From assembly GCA_947085095.1 (NCBI GenBank), contig CAMTVD010000034.1, positions 1 to 40,763 on the forward strand: 40,763 nucleotides of DNA. Reading direction: 5' to 3'. Below, piece after piece: positions 11,178-18,881 of the stretch (its first letter is position 1; every line of letters starts with the position of its first letter). This DNA comes from an uncultured Thermus sp. Its GTDB lineage: Bacteria > Deinococcota > Deinococci > Deinococcales > Thermaceae. The notes beneath the pieces were generated by a model. It ran no database searches. It was not told where the DNA came from and saw only the letters and a program-made list of their open reading frames with translations. A program made the position numbers and the translations under genes.

Positions 11178-11573
11178 ATGGTGGGGACGGGCCTTCCCCT
11201 GATCCTGGCCCTGGGCGCCGACCTGGTGGAGGTCGCCCGGGTGAGGCGGCTCCTCGCCCGCCACGGGGAAAGGGCCCTGAAGCGCCTCTTCCACGAGGAG
11301 GAGCTGGCCCACGCCCTGGCGCGCCAGGACCCCGCCCCAAGCCTCGCCGCCCGCCTGGCGGCCAAGGAGGCCTTCCAGAAGTGCTGGCCGGAAAGCCTCT
11401 CCTGGAAATCGGTCTGGGTGGGGATGGAGGGGAAGAAGCCCTTTTTGCGCTTCGCCCCGGACCTCGAGGCCGCCATGCGGGAGCAGGGCCTCCTGGCCCA
11501 CCTCACCCTGAGCCACGAGCGCACCCACGCCCTGGCGGTGGTGGTCCTGGTCAGGGCACCAGGCGCAGGATGA
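11178..11573 (+). CDS. acpS: Holo-ACP synthase (4'-phosphopantetheinyl transferase)
   Basis: GADLVEVAR, LAARLAAKEAFQK, LTLSHE motifs. Confidence 0.9.
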   Translation: MVGTGLPLILALGADLVEVARVRRLLARHGERALKRLFHEEELAHALARQDPAPSLAARLAAKEAFQKCWPESLSWKSVWVGMEGKKPFLRFAPDLEAAMREQGLLAHLTLSHERTHALAVVVLVRAPGAG

Positions 11574-11913
11574 GGGCGTAGCGGTAGAACTCCCCCCGGC
11601 CCGCCGCCAGGGCCCCCATCACCATGTTCCAAAGCACCAGGACTAGGAGGGCCAAGCCCAAGGGAACCGCCACCACTATGCCTACCACGGTGAGGGCCAG
11701 AAACAGAAGAGCCAGGCCGTAAAGGGTATAGCTGATCTGCCCGTTCAAGGACTCCTTGGCGTGGGCCTGGAGGAAGGAGCCCTTGGGCCCCCAGAGCAGG
11801 ATGGCTAGGGGCAGAAGGATCTGCCCGATGACGAAGAAGTACCCCACCAAAGGGGCCAGGTGGGCCACAGCCGCCCAGGTACGCTCCGAATCCGTCTGGA
11901 GATTGTGGTTCAT
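11551..11913 (-). CDS. DUF4870-like membrane protein
   Basis: ERTWAAVAHL ... HAKESLNGQIS ... AGRGEFYRY pattern; 3 TM segments. Confidence 0.8.
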   Translation of the reverse strand: MNHNLQTDSERTWAAVAHLAPLVGYFFVIGQILLPLAILLWGPKGSFLQAHAKESLNGQISYTLYGLALLFLALTVVGIVVAVPLGLALLVLVLWNMVMGALAAGRGEFYRYALILRLVP

Positions 11914-11931
11914 GGGCCCATTCTACCCTGC

Positions 11932-12504
11932 TTACGCTTCCTCCACAACCTCCTCCCGGATGCGGATGGGGCCCTGCTTCTCCGGCCTCAGGCCCGCCTT
12001 GTCCTGGTAAAACTCCCGGATGAGGGCAAAGTCCTTGCGGATGTCCCCCGTGGGGTAGAGGTAGCCCCCGATCCCCACCTCCTTGCGGCGGAAGTCGGCG
12101 TAGCCCAGGGCAATGGGCACCCCCGCCTTCAGGGCCATGTAGTAAAAGCCGGTGCGCCAGTAGGGGGCCTTGCCCCGGGTGCCCTCCGGGGTGATGAGGA
12201 TGGCGATCTCCTCCTCCCTCGCAAAGATCTCCGCCACCTGGTCCACCAGGTTGCTCCTCTGGGAGCGGTCCACCGGGATGCCCCCCAGGGCCCGCATGAG
12301 GAAGCCCAGGGGCGGCTTGAAAAGCTCCTTCTTCCCCAAAAAGCGGGCGCGGATCCGCCCCCCCCAAAGGGCCAGAATCCCCACCACGAAATCCCAGTTG
12401 GAGGTGTGGGGGGCCCCGATCAGCACGTACTTCTTGCTGGGCGGGGGCGCTATGTTCAGGGTCCAACCGAAGGCCTTGAGCAGGAAAAGGGCTAGTTTCT
12501 GCAT
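11932..12504 (-). CDS. Lysophospholipid acyltransferase (PlsC-like)
   Basis: PHTSNWD (HX4D), GGIPVDR, PEGTR motifs. Confidence 0.9.
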   Translation of the reverse strand: MQKLALFLLKAFGWTLNIAPPPSKKYVLIGAPHTSNWDFVVGILALWGGRIRARFLGKKELFKPPLGFLMRALGGIPVDRSQRSNLVDQVAEIFAREEEIAILITPEGTRGKAPYWRTGFYYMALKAGVPIALGYADFRRKEVGIGGYLYPTGDIRKDFALIREFYQDKAGLRPEKQGPIRIREEVVEEA

Positions 12505-12543
12505 GCCTCTTGGGAGTATACCCGGTGTGCTACACTATGGCTA

Positions 12544-12582
12544 GTGCGGGCGGGGGCCTCCCCGCCCCTTTTCCTGGGGTGA
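12544..12582 (+). promoter_or_regulatory. Putative leaderless 12-codon uORF (MRAGASPPLFLG) containing a terminator-like hairpin, upstream of der
   Basis: Extended -10 TGcTACACT (12528-12536), GTG 7 nt later; hairpin 12548-12567 followed by CTTTT; TGA 12580-12582 overlaps der ATG. Confidence 0.35.
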
Positions 12583-13883
12583 TGATGCACAAGGTCGTGA
12601 TCGTGGGTAGGCCCAACGTGGGCAAGTCCAGCCTCTTCAACCGCCTCCTGGGCAGAAGGAGCGCGGTGGTGGCCGACGTGCCCGGGGTCACCCGTGACCT
12701 CAAAGAGGGCGTGGTGGAAACCGAGCAGGGCCGCTTTCTCCTGGTGGACACCGGGGGGCTCTGGTCCGGGGACCGCTGGGAGAAGAAGATCCAGGAGAAG
12801 GTGGACCAGGCCCTGGAGGAGGCCGAGCTCGTCCTCTTCACCGTGGACGGGCGCTCGGACCTGACCCCCGCCGACTATGAGGTGGCCGAGTACCTGAGGA
12901 AGAAGGGCAAGCCCGTGATCCTGGTGGCCACCAAGGTGGATAGCCCCGGCCACGAGGCCTACCTGGGCCCCCTCTACGCCCTGGGCTTCGGCGACCCCAT
13001 CCCCACCTCCAGCGAGCACAAAAGGGGCTTGGAGGAGCTTTTGGAGGCCATCTGGCAGAGGCTCCCCGTGCGTCAGATTGAGTCCGAGCCGGAGGTGGCG
13101 GGCATCCGCCTGGCCATCGTGGGCCGGCCCAACGCGGGGAAGTCCAGCCTCCTAAACGCCATCCTGGGAGAAGAACGGGTCATCGTCTCCGAGGAGCCCG
13201 GCACCACCCGGGACACCATTGACGTGGAGGTCTACAGGGGGGGGAACCGCTTCGTCCTCCTGGACACCGCAGGCATCCGCAAGCGCCCCGAGACCTTGGT
13301 GGAGGAGCTGGCCATCAAGCGGAGCCTCCGGGCCATAGAGGAGGCGGACGTGGTCCTTTTGGTGGTGGACCCCTTCCAGGTGGGGGACCGGGAGCTGAAG
13401 CTGGCGAACCACGCCATGGAGAAGGGCAAGCCCGTCCTCCTGGTCATCACCAAGTGGGACCTGGTGACGAAAGAGGAGGCGCCCAGGGTGCGGCGGGAGC
13501 TCCGGGAAAAGCTGGCCCATCTAGAGCACCTTCCCCGGGTCTACACCTCCGCCTTTACCAAGCAGAACCTGGACAAGATCTTCAGCGAGGCGGTGCGCCT
13601 TCACGAGCTGAACCACACCCGCGTACCCACTGCGGAGCTCAACCGCTGGCTTTCGCTGTGGACGGGCAAGGTCCAGCTCCCCAACTTCCGGGGCAAGCCC
13701 CTGAAAATCCTCTACGCCACGCAAGCCCAGGTGGCCCCGCCCACCTTCGTCTTCTTCGTGAACCACCCCGAGTTCGTCACCCGGGCCTTTGAGAACTACC
13801 TGAAAAACCGCATCGGCGAGGACCTGGGCCTAAGGGAGGTCCCTTTCCGCCTGGTCTTCCGGGGCAGGCGGGAGGAGGGCTAG
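12582..13883 (+). CDS. der: Ribosome biogenesis GTPase Der (EngA)
   Basis: Tandem G domains GRPNVGKS/DTGG/TKVD and GRPNAGKS/DTAG/TKWD plus KH-like C-terminus; start 12582 or 12585. Confidence 0.97.
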   Translation: MMHKVVIVGRPNVGKSSLFNRLLGRRSAVVADVPGVTRDLKEGVVETEQGRFLLVDTGGLWSGDRWEKKIQEKVDQALEEAELVLFTVDGRSDLTPADYEVAEYLRKKGKPVILVATKVDSPGHEAYLGPLYALGFGDPIPTSSEHKRGLEELLEAIWQRLPVRQIESEPEVAGIRLAIVGRPNAGKSSLLNAILGEERVIVSEEPGTTRDTIDVEVYRGGNRFVLLDTAGIRKRPETLVEELAIKRSLRAIEEADVVLLVVDPFQVGDRELKLANHAMEKGKPVLLVITKWDLVTKEEAPRVRRELREKLAHLEHLPRVYTSAFTKQNLDKIFSEAVRLHELNHTRVPTAELNRWLSLWTGKVQLPNFRGKPLKILYATQAQVAPPTFVFFVNHPEFVTRAFENYLKNRIGEDLGLREVPFRLVFRGRREEG

Positions 13884-14413
13884 GCCCGCCTCCGAGCGAA
13901 AAGGGCAAAAAGGCCCGCGTCTTCCAAGAACTCCTGCACCACGCCGAAGAAGCGGCGGCCGTCCAGCAAAAGGACCACCAAGACCCATACCAGCGCCTCC
14001 CGGAAGGCCTCGAGGGCAAGGCTTTGGGCCAGGAAAAAGGGGGCGAAGGTGGGCGGGACCTGCAGGGCCATGGAAAGGCTCTTCTTAGGGCGGCGGAGGA
14101 GGAGCACCAAGGCCAAAACCGCCCACCCCCAGGCAACGCCGGGGGCAAGGAGCCCCGCCCCCGCCAAATAGGCCCAGCCCGCCCAGGCCAGGCCCGCGTC
14201 CAGGGGGTAGTCCCAGGCAGCCAGCGGCGAGGGCCTCCCGGAGGCCCGGGCCAGGATCCCGTCCAGGATGTCCAGGCTCCAGCCCAGGAGGAGGAGGCGG
14301 ACCACCTGCCCCAGGGCCTCGGGGCCCTCCCCCACCTGGAGGAGGACCCACCCTACCACCCCAGCCCGTGCCAGGGTAGCGAGGTCCGCAAGGCACCGGA
14401 AAAAGCCGCTCAT
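13880..14413 (-). CDS. CDP-alcohol phosphatidyltransferase-like membrane protein
   Basis: D-x-x-D-G-x-x-A-R...D-x-x-x-D motif (DILDGILAR...WDYPLD); hydrophobic; stop overlaps der stop. Confidence 0.7.
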   Translation of the reverse strand: MSGFFRCLADLATLARAGVVGWVLLQVGEGPEALGQVVRLLLLGWSLDILDGILARASGRPSPLAAWDYPLDAGLAWAGWAYLAGAGLLAPGVAWGWAVLALVLLLRRPKKSLSMALQVPPTFAPFFLAQSLALEAFREALVWVLVVLLLDGRRFFGVVQEFLEDAGLFALFARRRA

Positions 14414-15144
14414 AGCCCTTCCAGAAGGACCGCCATCCCCTCCACCGCCCCCATGCGCAAGGAGAGGTGGGCCAAGGGGGTGAGGGGGGTGGGTTCGGGG
14501 TTCACCTCCAGCAAATAGGCCCCCGAGGCGTAGGCGATGCGCCCCAAGGAGGCGGCGGGCTCCACCTCGGCGCTGGTGCCGATGACGAGGGCGAGGTCAG
14601 CTTCGGCAAAAGCCCTTTCCGCCCGCTCAAAGGCCCCTTCCGGCAGGAACTCCCCAAACCAGACCACGTCAGGCCGGGCCCGGTGGGCGCACCGGGGGCA
14701 ACGGGGAGGTGGGGTGAAGGCCTCGGGAAGGGGGAAGCGGTGGCCGCAGGCCTCGCAACGGGCCCTCAGGATGTTGCCGTGAAGCTCCACCAGGTTCTGG
14801 CTTCCCGCCCTGGCGTGGAGGCCGTCCACGTTCTGGGTTACCAAGAGGAAGCTCCCTCCCCTCTCCAGAACCCGCCTTTCCAGCTCCGCCAGGGCATAGT
14901 GGGCGGGGTTGGGCTCGGCCTCCCGCACCTTGGCGATGCGCCAGGCGTACCAGGTCCAGACCCTCTCGGGATCCCGGGCGTAGGCCTCGGGGGTGGCGTA
15001 GTCTAGGGGGTTGAACTCCTTCCAAAGGCCCTCGGCGTCCCGAAAGGTGGGGATCCCCGAGGGCTTGGAGATACCCGCCCCGGTGAGGACGGCCACCTTG
15101 CGGGCCTCCTGAAGCCGCTTTCTCGCCTCTTCCAAGCTGCCCAT
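14410..15144 (-). CDS. cobB: NAD-dependent protein deacylase (sirtuin)
   Basis: TGAGIS..SGIPTFR, TQNVDGLH, ELHG, CxxC..CxxC zinc site, RPDVVWFGE, GTSAEVEPA; ATG 15144 lies 6 nt after TAGGAT. Confidence 0.95.
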   Translation of the reverse strand: MGSLEEARKRLQEARKVAVLTGAGISKPSGIPTFRDAEGLWKEFNPLDYATPEAYARDPERVWTWYAWRIAKVREAEPNPAHYALAELERRVLERGGSFLLVTQNVDGLHARAGSQNLVELHGNILRARCEACGHRFPLPEAFTPPPRCPRCAHRARPDVVWFGEFLPEGAFERAERAFAEADLALVIGTSAEVEPAASLGRIAYASGAYLLEVNPEPTPLTPLAHLSLRMGAVEGMAVLLEGL

Positions 15145-15183
15145 GCCCACATCCTAGACGATGGGCCGGGATATCCTGAAGGC

Positions 15184-16632
15184 GTGCGCGTGTTCAGCCC
15201 TGAGGCCATGCGGGAAGCGGACGAGAAGGCGGCGGCCCTGGGCTACCCCAGCCTCCTCCTCATGGAGTGGGCGGGGATGAAGGCGGCCCGGGCCTACCGG
15301 AAGCTCTTCGGCGAGCGCCCAGCCCTGGTCCTGGCGGGCAAAGGAAACAACGGCGGGGACGGCCTGGTCCTGGCCCGGCACCTCCTCCTGGAGGGGGTGA
15401 GGGTGCGGGTCTACGCCGCCCAAGGCCAGACGGGGGATGCCCTCCTCGCCCGGAACGCCCTCGTGGCTCACGGGGTGGCCATCCACCCCCTCGAGGAGGC
15501 CGCCTTCGCCGAGGGCGAAGTGGTGGTGGATGCCCTCTTCGGCACCGGACTGAAGGGACCCCTGGAGGGCTTTTACGCCGGGCTCGTGGACCGGGTGAAC
15601 GCTTCCTCCCTCCCCGTCTTGGCCCTGGACCTCCCCTCGGGCCTCCCCTACAGTCCCCACATCCGGGCCACGGCCACCGTGGCCTTCGCCGCCCTCAAGA
15701 CCCCCCACCTCCTAGAGCGGGAGGCCTGCGGAAGCCTTTACCTGGCGGAAATCGGCCTCCCCAAGGCCCTCCTAGAGCGGGAGGACCTCCCCGAGGTGGC
15801 CACCCCGGAGGCCCTGAGGCCCCTCCTCCCCAGGCGCCCCCTCACCGCCCACAAGGGGAGCGTGGGCCGGGTGGGGGTTTTGGGAGGGTTTCGCGGGGAT
15901 GGCCTCCGCTACGCCGGGGCACCGGTCCTGGCCGCCCTGGGGGCCTACCGCATGGGGGCCGGCCTCGTCCACCTCGTGGTCCCCGAGGGAACGCCCCTGG
16001 AACCCCTCGAGGCCGTCTTCCACCCCGTCCCCGCCCCCAGCCTTCCCCCCATGCGGGTGGAGGCTCTGGCGGTGGGCATGGGGGGAGGCTCCTGGGGGCC
16101 CCTATGGGCCATGCGGGCCCTCGAGGCGGGCCTCCCCACGGTCCTGGACGCGGATGCCCTCCATCCGGAGGTGGTGGCCGCCTACCGCCGGGCTGGGGTG
16201 AAGGCCGTCCTCACCCCCCACGCCGGGGAGGCGGGAAGGCTTCTGGGAAGGCCGCCCGAGGAGGTGAGCAGGGACCCCCTGGAGGCCGCCCGAACCCTGG
16301 CCCGGGAAACGGGGCTCACCGTGGTCCTAAAAGGGAACCCCACGGTGGTGGCGGAAGGCGGGCGGCTTTCCCTGAACCCCACGGGAAACCCCGCCCTGGC
16401 CACGGGGGGGACGGGGGACGTGCTCTCGGGGGCCATCGCCGCCCTGCTGGCCGCCGGGCTCCCCCCCTTTGAGGCCGCCCGGCTTGGGGTCTATCTCCAC
16501 GGCCTGGCCGGGGACCTCCTGGCCGAGGAGAAGGGGCTGGGCCTCCTGGCCCGGGAGGTGGCAGAGGCCCTACCCCAGGCAAGAAAGTTCCTCCAGGAGG
16601 GCCAGATTCCCCCCTCCTTTTTCCTGCGGTAA
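15184..16632 (+). CDS. nnr: Bifunctional NAD(P)H-hydrate epimerase/dehydratase
   Basis: YjeF N domain (LMEWAG, GKGNNGGDG, DALFGTG, DLPSG) and carbohydrate-kinase domain (HKG, LDADAL, TPHAGEA, LATGGTGDVLSG). Confidence 0.95.
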   Translation: MRVFSPEAMREADEKAAALGYPSLLLMEWAGMKAARAYRKLFGERPALVLAGKGNNGGDGLVLARHLLLEGVRVRVYAAQGQTGDALLARNALVAHGVAIHPLEEAAFAEGEVVVDALFGTGLKGPLEGFYAGLVDRVNASSLPVLALDLPSGLPYSPHIRATATVAFAALKTPHLLEREACGSLYLAEIGLPKALLEREDLPEVATPEALRPLLPRRPLTAHKGSVGRVGVLGGFRGDGLRYAGAPVLAALGAYRMGAGLVHLVVPEGTPLEPLEAVFHPVPAPSLPPMRVEALAVGMGGGSWGPLWAMRALEAGLPTVLDADALHPEVVAAYRRAGVKAVLTPHAGEAGRLLGRPPEEVSRDPLEAARTLARETGLTVVLKGNPTVVAEGGRLSLNPTGNPALATGGTGDVLSGAIAALLAAGLPPFEAARLGVYLHGLAGDLLAEEKGLGLLAREVAEALPQARKFLQEGQIPPSFFLR

Positions 16633-16679
16633 CCTCCAAGGAAGGCGAGGAAGAGAACTTTACCCGCCCCCGGGTCTCC

Positions 16680-17075
16680 TCATAAACCGAGATGGGCTCC
16701 TTGCCCCCCTGGCCCCTGGCGCATCCCAGGCCGGCGTACCGGCCTCAGAAGGAGGAAGCCCAACAGAACCCCCACAAAGAAGGGCTCCTTAGCCAGGGAG
16801 TCCAAGCGATGGGTCAAGGTCCCAGGAAAAACAAAGTCCAAAGCAAGGTAGAAAAGGACTATGGCAGGAAGAGAAAAGGCCCAGACCTTGAGCAGGTTAA
16901 AGGCCACACCGCCATCCCAGAAGAAGTAGAAGGCAAGTACGGACCCCAAGCCCAAAAGGAGCGGGACCCCGCTCCAGATGCCCTGTCGCTCCAGGAAGGA
17001 GCCAAGGATCACAGATGCCACAAAGATACCAAGCCAGAAAAGCCTTTTCGCAAGCTTTCCATCAAACTGGAGCAT
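16680..17075 (-). CDS. Hypothetical ~4-TM membrane protein (candidate immunity protein 2)
   Basis: ATG 17075 after SD AGGGGGG; 131 aa with four hydrophobic stretches; lower-GC codon usage. Confidence 0.65.
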   Translation of the reverse strand: MLQFDGKLAKRLFWLGIFVASVILGSFLERQGIWSGVPLLLGLGSVLAFYFFWDGGVAFNLLKVWAFSLPAIVLFYLALDFVFPGTLTHRLDSLAKEPFFVGVLLGFLLLRPVRRPGMRQGPGGQGAHLGL

Positions 17076-17089
17076 TTTGCCATCCCCCC

Positions 17090-17245
17090 TTACCGGCATT
17101 GTTGCTCGCACACCTAACGGCACTCATTATAGACGACAACGCTGCAAGCAGGTTGCCAAAGAGGAGGAGCGTAAGTGCAAACAAGGTGCTGGACAGCAAG
17201 GCATACAAGGTAGCAAAGGATAGGACCGATTAGGGTGGGTACCAC
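17090..17245 (-). pseudogene. Unannotated Cys-rich peptide with internal amber stop (orphan toxin-like cassette)
   Basis: Manual translation: VVPTLIGPILCYLVCLAVQHLVCTYAPPLWQPACSVVVYNECR*VCEQQCR*; TAG at 17114-17116, TAA at 17090-17092 abutting the next SD. Confidence 0.55.
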
Positions 17246-17276
17246 CTACACCACCCCCTTTGAAGGTAGCTTTCTA

Positions 17277-17543
17277 TCAGCGCTGGGACTGAAAATAGGC
17301 GGCCCAGATGATTCCGAGAAGAGCGCTGGCATAAGGTAGGCCTATGCGCCCATAGGCAAACCAGAGGGCCAAAAGGAGGGCAAACACCACGAAAACGTCC
17401 CCAGTTTCAAGCCTCCCATTACGAAAATAGCTATCAAAAACGGACAACCATAGCTTAAATTGCAGAACTATCAAGGAAGAGTAAAAGGCGGTATCTATCA
17501 AAGTCACAAGAACCCTGTTCAGCGAACGCAATACGTTTGGCAT
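17277..17543 (-). CDS. Hypothetical small ~3-TM membrane protein (candidate immunity protein 1)
   Basis: ATG 17543 after SD GGAGG (17551-17555), overlapping the 3' end of the upstream Cys-rich gene; 88 aa, hydrophobic. Confidence 0.7.
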   Translation of the reverse strand: MPNVLRSLNRVLVTLIDTAFYSSLIVLQFKLWLSVFDSYFRNGRLETGDVFVVFALLLALWFAYGRIGLPYASALLGIIWAAYFQSQR

Positions 17544-17917
17544 CTTTGCTCCTCCCTTGGGGTGCAAACTTGCTGCCAGTCATAGCCAGTACACACAAAC
17601 GCCGTTGCTGCGCAAACCGCCCTTCCCCTGGGATCTACGGTCCAGTAAACACATGCTGCAGCAAAACTTGCGCAAACCCAGCGCCACACGCAATCGTTAA
17701 CCGTTATAGTCTCACACCTCGTGAAACAATTATAACTCCCGCACACCGCCGAGCCGCCATTTCCTGGGTCTAAGCACTGATTGTCCAGAGTCTTCACCAT
17801 CTCGTCGTCTAGTAGGAGACACGAGCGTCCCTCCCGGGGAGGGGATACCTCCTGGCCTACGGCTAGTGGCAAAGCCAAAAACACAACCATAAGAACTCCC
17901 AGGATGGTCAGCTTCAT
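17519..17917 (-). CDS. Secreted 13-cysteine protein, candidate disulfide-ladder bacteriocin/toxin precursor
   Basis: Sec-type signal peptide (MKLTILGVLMVVFLALPLAVG|Q), SD GGAGGT, own promoter; 13 Cys with near-palindromic spacing. Confidence 0.75.
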   Translation of the reverse strand: MKLTILGVLMVVFLALPLAVGQEVSPPREGRSCLLLDDEMVKTLDNQCLDPGNGGSAVCGSYNCFTRCETITVNDCVWRWVCASFAAACVYWTVDPRGRAVCAATAFVCTGYDWQQVCTPREEQRCQTYCVR

Positions 17918-17935
17918 TGTACCACCTCCACCCCT

Positions 17936-17964
17936 AAGATAGGGCTTCTTCTTCTTCTTGTCAA
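17936..17964 (-). promoter_or_regulatory. sigma70 promoter TTGACA-N17-TATCTT driving the Cys-rich islet; spacer contains a trinucleotide repeat
   Basis: -35 at 17964-17959, -10 at 17941-17936, exact 17-nt spacer; plus-strand (CTT)5 at 17945-17959. Confidence 0.75.
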
Positions 17965-18002
17965 GACCCCAGGGAAAGTCCTGGTATGCTGGGACAGGAC
18001 TT

Positions 18003-18881
18003 ATGGAGCCCCTTCCCCGCCTCTACGTCCCCGCCACCCTGGCCAACCTGGGCTCGGGCTTTGACGCCTTGGGGGTGGCCCTGGACCTCTACCTCGAGGT
18101 GGAGGCCGCCCCCGCCCCGGAGGACACCTTTCTTTACGAAGGAGAGGGCCACGTGGAGGGGACGGACAACCTCATCCACGAGGGGTACCGGGCCGGGATG
18201 CGGGCCCTCGGGCTAAAGCCCCCACCCCTAAGGGTCCAGGCCTTCAACCCCATCCCCCTGGCCCGGGGGATGGGGAGCTCCTCGGCCGCCCTGGTGGCGG
18301 GGGTGGCCCTGGCAGACCGCCTTTCCGGGGGAAGGCTCGGGCGGGACGGCGTCTTCCGGGTGGCGGCCAGGCTGGAGGGCCACCCCGACAACGTGGCCCC
18401 CGCAGTCTTTGGGGGCTTCGTGGCCGCCCTGAGCGCCCCCCCCCTGGCCATCCCCCTGCCGAGGCCCGAAGGCCTCCGCTTCGTCCTGGCCATCCCCCCC
18501 TACGAGGTGCCCACCCCCCTGGCCCGGGAGGCTTTGCCGGAGAGGGTACCCCTAAGGGACGCCGTCTACAACCTGGCCCGGAGCGCCCTCTGGCCCGCGG
18601 CCCTCTGCTCGGGGAAGCTGGAGGCCCTAAGGGAGGCCTGCCGCGACCGCCTCCACCAGCCCCACCGGGCCCACCTGATGCCCGGGGTCCTGGAAACCCT
18701 AGAGGGGGCCCTGGAGGCCGGGGCCCTGGCCGCCTTCGTGGGGGGAGCGGGGCCCGCGGTGGCCGCTTTGACCCAGGAGGGGGAGGAGGCCCCGGTCATC
18801 GCCGCCCTGGAGGCCTACCGGGGAGAGGGGCGTATCCTGGTCTTGGGACTTGGGGAGGGATACTGGTGGAAGGAAACCTAA
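18003..18881 (+). CDS. thrB: Homoserine kinase
   Basis: VPATLANLGSGFDALG, IPLARGMGSSSA (GHMP), EGHPDNVAPA, DRLHQPHR, GAGP. Confidence 0.95.
   Translation: MEPLPRLYVPATLANLGSGFDALGVALDLYLEVEAAPAPEDTFLYEGEGHVEGTDNLIHEGYRAGMRALGLKPPPLRVQAFNPIPLARGMGSSSAALVAGVALADRLSGGRLGRDGVFRVAARLEGHPDNVAPAVFGGFVAALSAPPLAIPLPRPEGLRFVLAIPPYEVPTPLAREALPERVPLRDAVYNLARSALWPAALCSGKLEALREACRDRLHQPHRAHLMPGVLETLEGALEAGALAAFVGGAGPAVAALTQEGEEAPVIAALEAYRGEGRILVLGLGEGYWWKET

Noticed and set aside
16633..16745. Possible remnant of another gene at the islet's left junction (minus-strand frames RYAGLGCARGQGGKEPISVYEETRGRVK / KVLFLAFLGGYRRKK)
   Set aside because: Short, no start or recognisable family; cannot be supported without a search
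17114..17116. TAG read-through as pyrrolysine or programmed recoding
   Set aside because: No pyl machinery or recoding signal is visible; a nonsense mutation in a decaying cassette is simpler
16692..17233. Plus-strand ORFs 16692-17117, 16978-17223 and 17015-17233
   Set aside because: Antisense shadows of the minus-strand membrane and Cys-rich ORFs; no convincing SD or promoter; K/Q/E-rich composition mirrors hydrophobic codons on the other strand
17519..17917. RiPP (sactipeptide/ranthipeptide/lanthipeptide) precursor
   Set aside because: No radical SAM, Lan or peptidase-ABC genes adjacent; the Sec signal peptide points to disulfide chemistry, though trans-acting enzymes cannot be excluded
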